The position numbers were made by a program, and so were the translations under genes. Shown piece by piece: positions 58,799 through 64,000 of a stretch of DNA of 64,000 bases. A model generated the notes under the pieces. It made no database searches. It was not told the origin of the DNA and saw only the letters and a list, made by a program, of their open reading frames with translations. The first letter of the stretch is position 1; each line of letters begins with the position of its first letter. Source of the DNA: an uncultured bacterium (GTDB lineage Bacteria; Armatimonadota; HRBIN16); NCBI GenBank assembly GCA_964579145.1, contig CAZOGB010000006.1, forward strand, positions 3,003-67,002. The letters run 5' to 3'.

Positions 58799-59785
58799 AT
58801 GGATTTGGACTTCCAGATAACCCCACCGGCAGCGGACGAGGAGGAGATTTACGACGTGGCGATTATCGGCGGCGGTCCCGCGGGCGCCACTGCTGCCATT
58901 TACACTGCTCGTGCCAACCTGAAGACGCTGGTGATCGATAAAGGCATCGCCAACGGTGCGCTGGGTATCACCAGCAAGATAGCCAATTACCCGGGCATTC
59001 CGGGCGAGATAAGCGGTGAAGAACTCGTGCGCCGGATGCGCCAGCAGGCGGAATCGTTCGGGGCAAAGTTTGTGCAGGATAGGATTCAGACGACCGACCT
59101 GCAGTCCGACCCCAAACTGCTGTTTGGCAACGCCGGAACCTACTCCGCGAAGACGGTAATCATCGCAACGGGTTCAATGGGGCGCGGCAACCGCGTTCCC
59201 GGTGAGGACCGCCTGTTGGGCAGGGGCGTTTCATACTGCGCCACCTGCGACGCCGCCTTTTTCCGCGACGAGGAGGTGGCTGTGGTCGGCAGCAGCGAAG
59301 AGGCGGTGGAGGAGGCGCTGTTCCTGACGCAGTTCGCCAGCAAGGTGCACTTCCTTTGCCCCAAAAAGGAGATACACGCCAGCCCTGAGCTGGCGGAGGA
59401 TCTGACCGCTCACCCGAAGGTGGTCATGTACTGGGGCGTTGCCCTGCGTGAGGTGCTGGGCGAGCAGCGGGTGGAAGCGATTCGCTACCGCACGCCCATC
59501 GGCACGGAGGAGACCCTGCCCGTCGCCGGCGTGTTTATCTATTTGCAGGGCGCGCATCCGATTACCGACTTCCTCGGCGGGCAGTTACCGCTCAGCGAAG
59601 GCGGATGCCTGATGGTCGACTCGGAGTATCAAACCGCCATTCCGGGCGTCTACGCGGTCGGCGACGTGTTGTGCAACCATGTGAAGCAGGCGGTGGTCGC
59701 TGCGGCAGAGGGCGCCATCGCAGCAATGGCTGTGGAGAAACACCTGCGCGGACGCAAAAAGCTGGTGGTGGACTGGTCAAAGTAA
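58799..59785 (+). CDS. trxB: Thioredoxin-disulfide reductase
   Basis: FAD motif YDVAIIGGGPAGATAA, redox-active CATC and an NADPH-binding GxGxxA. Confidence 0.9.
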   Translation: MDLDFQITPPAADEEEIYDVAIIGGGPAGATAAIYTARANLKTLVIDKGIANGALGITSKIANYPGIPGEISGEELVRRMRQQAESFGAKFVQDRIQTTDLQSDPKLLFGNAGTYSAKTVIIATGSMGRGNRVPGEDRLLGRGVSYCATCDAAFFRDEEVAVVGSSEEAVEEALFLTQFASKVHFLCPKKEIHASPELAEDLTAHPKVVMYWGVALREVLGEQRVEAIRYRTPIGTEETLPVAGVFIYLQGAHPITDFLGGQLPLSEGGCLMVDSEYQTAIPGVYAVGDVLCNHVKQAVVAAAEGAIAAMAVEKHLRGRKKLVVDWSK

Positions 59786-59931
59786 CCTCTGCTCCAGTTC
59801 AACAACGCCCCCGCTCTCGGGGGCTATTTTTTTGGCCGCCTCGCAACCGGTCATGCAAAACACAGGAGTCTCATCGGTCGCGCAGAAACTTCTGTACCGT
59901 TCCAGCGTCTGTATCAGTGGAGGTGAAACGC

Positions 59932-60456
59932 ATGACCACTATCGGAGACGTGCTTGCCGTGACAGGCATGGTCGTCACGGTTGTGCTTTCCACGTGGGCT
60001 CTGGTCATTACGGTGTCCATCCTGTTCAGCAGGCGGACGGTGCGTGCGCAGGCGCGGATAGAACAAACTCCCGTGAAAACCATCCTGCTGGGCGCGGTGA
60101 TCACGCTGATACTGGGCTTCATTGTAGTTGCATTGCTTCAGCAACCAGCCCCGCCTGGCAAGCTGCTCGGGTGGGTAATCTACCTGCTGATGCTGGTTGC
60201 GACGGCAATCGGTTTAAGCGGATTGGCGGGATTGCTGGCACAGCATCTGGTGCAAATGGAGCCGTCGCTGTCGCCCTATGGTGCGCTCAGCCGGGCGGCG
60301 TTCCTTTGCGTGGTTGCTATGCTGTTGCCCATCCTCGGCTGGTTTGTGGTAGCGCCGCTGACACTGTTCGCCTCGCTGGGAGCGGGCACGCAGGCGATTC
60401 TGGAACGGGCGCCAGCGGTCGCCCCCTCACAGCCGACCAACGCCACCGCCACTTAG
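59932..60456 (+). CDS. Hypothetical integral membrane protein
   Basis: ATG at 59932 follows GGAGGTGA. Four or five TM helices. No family was recognised. Confidence 0.5.
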   Translation: MTTIGDVLAVTGMVVTVVLSTWALVITVSILFSRRTVRAQARIEQTPVKTILLGAVITLILGFIVVALLQQPAPPGKLLGWVIYLLMLVATAIGLSGLAGLLAQHLVQMEPSLSPYGALSRAAFLCVVAMLLPILGWFVVAPLTLFASLGAGTQAILERAPAVAPSQPTNATAT

Positions 60457-60471
60457 CCCGGGAGCCGAACG

Positions 60472-61908
60472 GTGAAACTGAGCCGACGGGAGTGTCTTCA
60501 GCTCGCGCTGGGGGTGGGGATAGGGACGCTATACGGCTGTCAAACGCCTCTGCGCAGAGCGTTCGCGCCGCGTCCTCCCCTGCACGCCCTGTCATCTGTG
60601 CGCGACCTGCCAGCCGCCAGCCGATGGCTGAATCGCGTTACCTTTGGTGTCACGCCCTCCGAGCTGGACCGGCTGGCGGAACTGGGCAAAATCGCCTATC
60701 TGGAACAGCAACTGCACCCCAACGATGCCGGCGAAGAGTGGACGCTACGCCTGCGCCTGCGGGGCTTTGACATCTTTCACGCGCCGCCCGCCGAGCTGGC
60801 AGACCTGCCCTACCCCGAGGTGTTGAGGCAACTGCAACAGCACGCCATCCTCCGCGCCGTGTACAGCAAATGGCAGCTGCAGGAGCGCATGGTGGAGTTC
60901 TGGCGCGACCACTTCAACGTGTACGCGCTGAAGGCGAACTGTGCGTATTTCCTGCCCCAGTTTGAGCAGGAGGTTCTGCGCAGGCACGCTCTGGGCAGGT
61001 TTCCCGACCTGCTGAAAGCCACCGCGCACAGCCCGGCGATGCTGTACTATCTGGATAATCACGTAAATCGCCGCGGCGTGCCCAACGAGAATTATGCCCG
61101 CGAACTGATGGAACTGCATACCCTCGGCGTACATGGCGGATACACCCAGAAGGACGTGCAGGAGGTCGCCCGCTGTTTCACCGGCTGGACGGTGGAAAAC
61201 CGCTTCCTGCGCGCACGCGGCAGGTTTCGCTTTGACCCCGCCTTGCATGATACCCTGCCAAAGCGTGTGCTCGGTCAAACGATTGTGGGGGGCGACCAGA
61301 AGGACGGGGAACAGGTGCTGGAACTGCTCGCTCTGCATCCATCCAACGCCAGACATCTGTGCCGAAAGCTGTGTCTGTACTTCATGGCGCACGCCCCGAA
61401 GGAGGCTGTTGAAGGGTTGAGCCGGGTCTACCTGAACACGGGCGGCGACATCGGCGCGGTGCTTCGCGAACTTTTGCTCTCCGAACAGCTTTTGCAATCG
61501 CCGCCCGTTTTCAAACGCCCCTTCGACTACATGGTATCCGCCCTGCGTGCGCTGTATGCCCTGACCGACGGTAACCTTCCCCTGCAGGAGCGCCTGAAGA
61601 AGATGGGACAGCCTCTGTACCAGTGGCCCCTGCCAGACGGCTATCCGCATGGCGAAGAGGCATGGAAGGGAACCCTGCTGGCGAGATGGAACTTTGCCAT
61701 ATCGCTGTGTGCGAATCAGATACGTGGCACTTGGGTGGACCTGCGGATGCTGGCGGGCACAGAGAAACCGACAGAGACCCTGCTGCAGACGGTCTTCTGC
61801 CTGCCTCCAGACGCACCGAGCCTGCGCTCCCTCCGCGAGAGGCTGAGCGGTACGCTGGCACAACAGGCAGCGTTGATTCTGGCATCACCACAGTTCCAGT
61901 GGCGATAG
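60472..61908 (+). CDS. DUF1800-family protein
   Basis: A Tat/Sec-like N-terminus (RRECLQLALGVGIGTL) followed by conserved DUF1800 blocks (HFNVY...YLDNHVN...ELMELHTLGV). GTG start. Confidence 0.8.
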   Translation: MKLSRRECLQLALGVGIGTLYGCQTPLRRAFAPRPPLHALSSVRDLPAASRWLNRVTFGVTPSELDRLAELGKIAYLEQQLHPNDAGEEWTLRLRLRGFDIFHAPPAELADLPYPEVLRQLQQHAILRAVYSKWQLQERMVEFWRDHFNVYALKANCAYFLPQFEQEVLRRHALGRFPDLLKATAHSPAMLYYLDNHVNRRGVPNENYARELMELHTLGVHGGYTQKDVQEVARCFTGWTVENRFLRARGRFRFDPALHDTLPKRVLGQTIVGGDQKDGEQVLELLALHPSNARHLCRKLCLYFMAHAPKEAVEGLSRVYLNTGGDIGAVLRELLLSEQLLQSPPVFKRPFDYMVSALRALYALTDGNLPLQERLKKMGQPLYQWPLPDGYPHGEEAWKGTLLARWNFAISLCANQIRGTWVDLRMLAGTEKPTETLLQTVFCLPPDAPSLRSLRERLSGTLAQQAALILASPQFQWR

Positions 61909-61923
61909 CGTGGGAGGGAAGAG

Positions 61924-63225
61924 ATGTTACGAGACGAACCGATGGACGACCACTCACCCGCGAGGCGTCAGATACTGTTAACCGGCGTTTCCGCTGTGCT
62001 GGGCTGGTTCCTGGGTGGAGGCAGTGCGCTGGCACAAATCGCCTTCAAACCCGTTCCCGCCGAGCGACGGGGCGACGTGCTGGTCTGCCTGTTCCTGCGC
62101 GGCGGAGCGGATGGCTTGAATATGGTGATTCCTTACGGGGAGGACGCCTACTATCGCAATCGCCCTTCACTGGCGATCCCAGCCCCTCACGACCGTCGAC
62201 GTCCCGCTGGCGAACGCGCGATAGCATTGAACGACTTTTTTGCCCTGCATCCCGCGCTCAAACCGCTGTATCCGCTGTTTGCGGAAGGCAAACTGGCAAT
62301 CGTGCACGCCTGCGGTTCGGCAGAGAGGTCGCGGTCGCATTTCGAAGCCATGTCCGCGATGGAGCGGGGCGTTGCCGAAGCGAAGGCAGGCGTCGTCAGC
62401 GGCTGGATTGCACGCCATCTGCTGAGCGTGCCGCGCAAAGGCTGCTCTCCCCTCCGAGCGGTGGCTTTTGGCAACGTGCTTCCCGAATCCCTGCGCGGCA
62501 GCACCGATGCGGTGGTACTCCAGACCCTTTCCGATTTCCGGCTTGCGATGCCCAAAACGATGGGTATTACTCAGGCGGAAGAACTTCGGCACATCCTTCG
62601 GGAACTGTACGCCGGTCAGGGCAGGGATGAGGTGGCGCAGGCGGCTCAGGATACCCTGCAGGTGCTGGAGACGCTGCGGCGCGTCGACCCCACGCGCTAT
62701 CGCCCCGCAAACGGCGCGGTTTACCCCGATAGCGACCTGGGACGCGGCTTGAAGCAGGTTGCTGCGCTGATCAAGGCGCAAGTAGGGCTGGAGGTCGCGT
62801 GTCTGGACAAGGGCGGCTGGGATACCCACGTGGCGGAGGGCAGTACCGCGGGCTGGATGCCTGCAAACCTGAGCGACCTGGCGCAGAGCCTCTCCGCTTT
62901 CGCCCGCGACATGGGCGAGGGGATGAAACAGGTGACCCTTGTGGCGATGACCGAGTTCGGCAGGCGGGTGCGCGAGAACAGCGGTTTAGGAACCGACCAC
63001 GGACGCGCCGGGGTGATGTGGCTGATGGGTGGCGGTATACCCGGCGGCAAAGTGCATGCTCGCTGGCCCGGACTGGAGCCGCACCAGCTGGAGGAGCCGG
63101 GCGACCTGCGCGTGACTACCGATTACCGCGAGGTGCTCGCCGAGGTAGTGCGCAAACGGCTGGGCAATCCCAACATCGCGCAGGTGTTTCCCGGATTCCC
63201 TCAGCCCAGGGTGACCAGAGGATAG
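61924..63225 (+). CDS. DUF1501-family protein (sulfatase/phosphatase-like fold)
   Basis: The twin-arginine-like N-terminus is followed by the DUF1501 core (LVCLFLRGGADGLNMVIP...TEFGRR...NSGLGTDHGRAGVMWLMGGGI). It is the usual partner of DUF1800. Confidence 0.8.
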   Translation: MLRDEPMDDHSPARRQILLTGVSAVLGWFLGGGSALAQIAFKPVPAERRGDVLVCLFLRGGADGLNMVIPYGEDAYYRNRPSLAIPAPHDRRRPAGERAIALNDFFALHPALKPLYPLFAEGKLAIVHACGSAERSRSHFEAMSAMERGVAEAKAGVVSGWIARHLLSVPRKGCSPLRAVAFGNVLPESLRGSTDAVVLQTLSDFRLAMPKTMGITQAEELRHILRELYAGQGRDEVAQAAQDTLQVLETLRRVDPTRYRPANGAVYPDSDLGRGLKQVAALIKAQVGLEVACLDKGGWDTHVAEGSTAGWMPANLSDLAQSLSAFARDMGEGMKQVTLVAMTEFGRRVRENSGLGTDHGRAGVMWLMGGGIPGGKVHARWPGLEPHQLEEPGDLRVTTDYREVLAEVVRKRLGNPNIAQVFPGFPQPRVTRG

Positions 63226-63279
63226 AGCATCTCGGCTCAACGGGAGGTTCGCCATCCAGGAGGGGTGCATTGCAAACCT

Positions 63280-63545
63280 AACCCCCAGCCCCTTCCCTGC
63301 GAGGGAAGGGGAGATTCACCTCTCCCCGCGTCGGGGAGAGGTTGGGAGAGGGGTTTCCTCTCTGGAGGGCGAGGCTCCCGCCGAGCTGTTTGAGGTGTCA
63401 GCCCCCCTGTTGTCCCCCCGCAAGCAGGGGGACATTCCCTCTCCTTGTGGGAAAGGGTCAGGATGAGGGCTTCTTTCGACACTCCTCTCCCCGCGTCGGG
63501 GAGAGGTCGGGAGAGAGGTTTTCCTCCCCGCCTGCGGGGAGGTCA
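63280..63545. repeat. Cluster of five GC-rich hairpins in a convergent intergenic region
   Basis: Five hairpins: cccttccc-tgcga-gggaaggg, ctctcccc-gcgtc-ggggagag (twice, each followed by gt(t/c)gggagag(g)ggttt), tccccc-gcaagca-ggggga, and ctcccc-gcctgc-ggggag. Confidence 0.55.
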
Positions 63546-63586
63546 GGTGGGGCTGTCCTGCGTCGGGAAGATGGTTCAGACTGACA

Positions 63587-64000
63587 TCAGCGACGCTTGC
63601 CAGCCCCGATGAAGGCGCGAAGCTTGCGCTGTTGCTCCGGGGTGAGGTTCCGATAGATTTCGCCCCAGTTGCGGCGTCTCAGCTCCATCAGCCTCTGCCA
63701 CTTCTGCCAGGGCGTCAGCGCGGGGTTCGCCCAGATGCGCCGGCGTGCCTCCTGCGCTTTGCTCAGCCCCAGCGCTCTGGCGATTTTGCCCGCGCGATAC
63801 GCCCGTGCCATCTGCCAGCGATGCCACGCCCAACGGCGCAGACGTTCCCATTTTGTGCGCTGTTCGGGCGTCAATACGGAGCTGACCTCCTGACGGGTAT
63901 TGCGCCGCAGCTCTCGCAGGCGAGCACGCTTCTCCTCTGGCTTCAGGGAGTTATCGTTGCGGATTTTCTGTGCCTGCTCGCGGGCGTTCTGCCAGATGCT
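63587..64000 (-). CDS. LTXXQ-motif (Spy/CpxP-like) family protein, 5'-partial (N-terminus lies beyond the window end)
   Basis: Repeated VLTPEQRTKW, ALTPWQKWQR and NLTPEQQRKL units. The frame is open through nt 64000. Confidence 0.6.
   Translation of the reverse strand, partial: SIWQNAREQAQKIRNDNSLKPEEKRARLRELRRNTRQEVSSVLTPEQRTKWERLRRWAWHRWQMARAYRAGKIARALGLSKAQEARRRIWANPALTPWQKWQRLMELRRRNWGEIYRNLTPEQQRKLRAFIGAGKRR

Noticed and set aside
63280-63545. Possible CRISPR array among the GC-rich repeats
   Set aside because: The repeat copies are irregularly spaced and of unequal length, and they are themselves palindromic hairpins of different sequence. No cas genes are present in the window.

Overview
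This is a GC-rich 64 kb chromosomal window with dense coding on both strands and no transposase, integrase or CRISPR array. Several features point to an exosortase-bearing, DUF1559-rich diderm lineage (Armatimonadota- or Planctomycetota-like); this is an inference from the gene content only. The features are two PEP-CTERM sorting signals, two DUF1559 prepilin-like proteins, an outer-membrane-like beta-barrel protein, and DUF1800/DUF1501 and LTXXQ proteins.

Housekeeping genes I can call with confidence:
- priA, ndk, a tRNA-Gly(CCC) with a textbook promoter, selB, selA, rex, an OGG1-type glycosylase, bcp, ahcY and gatB.
- A glutaredoxin-like gene followed by groES and trxB.

Accessory and carbohydrate-related genes:
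- GH116 and GH57 enzymes.
- A sugar-type ABC operon with an adenosine-specific kinase embedded in it.
- A GT4 glycosyltransferase next to a polysaccharide deacetylase.
- A sugar-nucleotide cluster of two nucleotidyltransferases flanking a DegT aminotransferase.
- A beta-helix protein, esterases and a secreted dockerin protein.
- A radical SAM/SPASM enzyme with no obvious partner.

Observations most worth a second look:
1. A single in-frame UGA fuses a 403-codon membrane/coiled-coil ORF to a 130-codon ORF about 12 kb from selA/selB. A GC hairpin sits at SECIS-like spacing and the downstream ATG has no Shine-Dalgarno sequence, so this is a candidate unusual selenoprotein or a recent pseudogene.
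2. A three-gene module occurs twice: a PBP1-type sugar-binding regulator, a DUF1559 prepilin-like protein and a tiny single-TM proline-rich protein.
3. A TGTACAGG motif recurs inside three promoter regions.
4. A mosaic family of small palindromic intergenic repeats recurs at four loci, and a separate cluster of GC hairpins sits near the window end.
5. Two paralogous ~650-aa polytopic membrane proteins of unknown family.
6. Two tandem CHRD-domain PEP-CTERM proteins with their own promoter and terminators.
7. A Uma2-family endonuclease gene interrupted by one in-frame amber codon.

No selC or selD was seen in the window.
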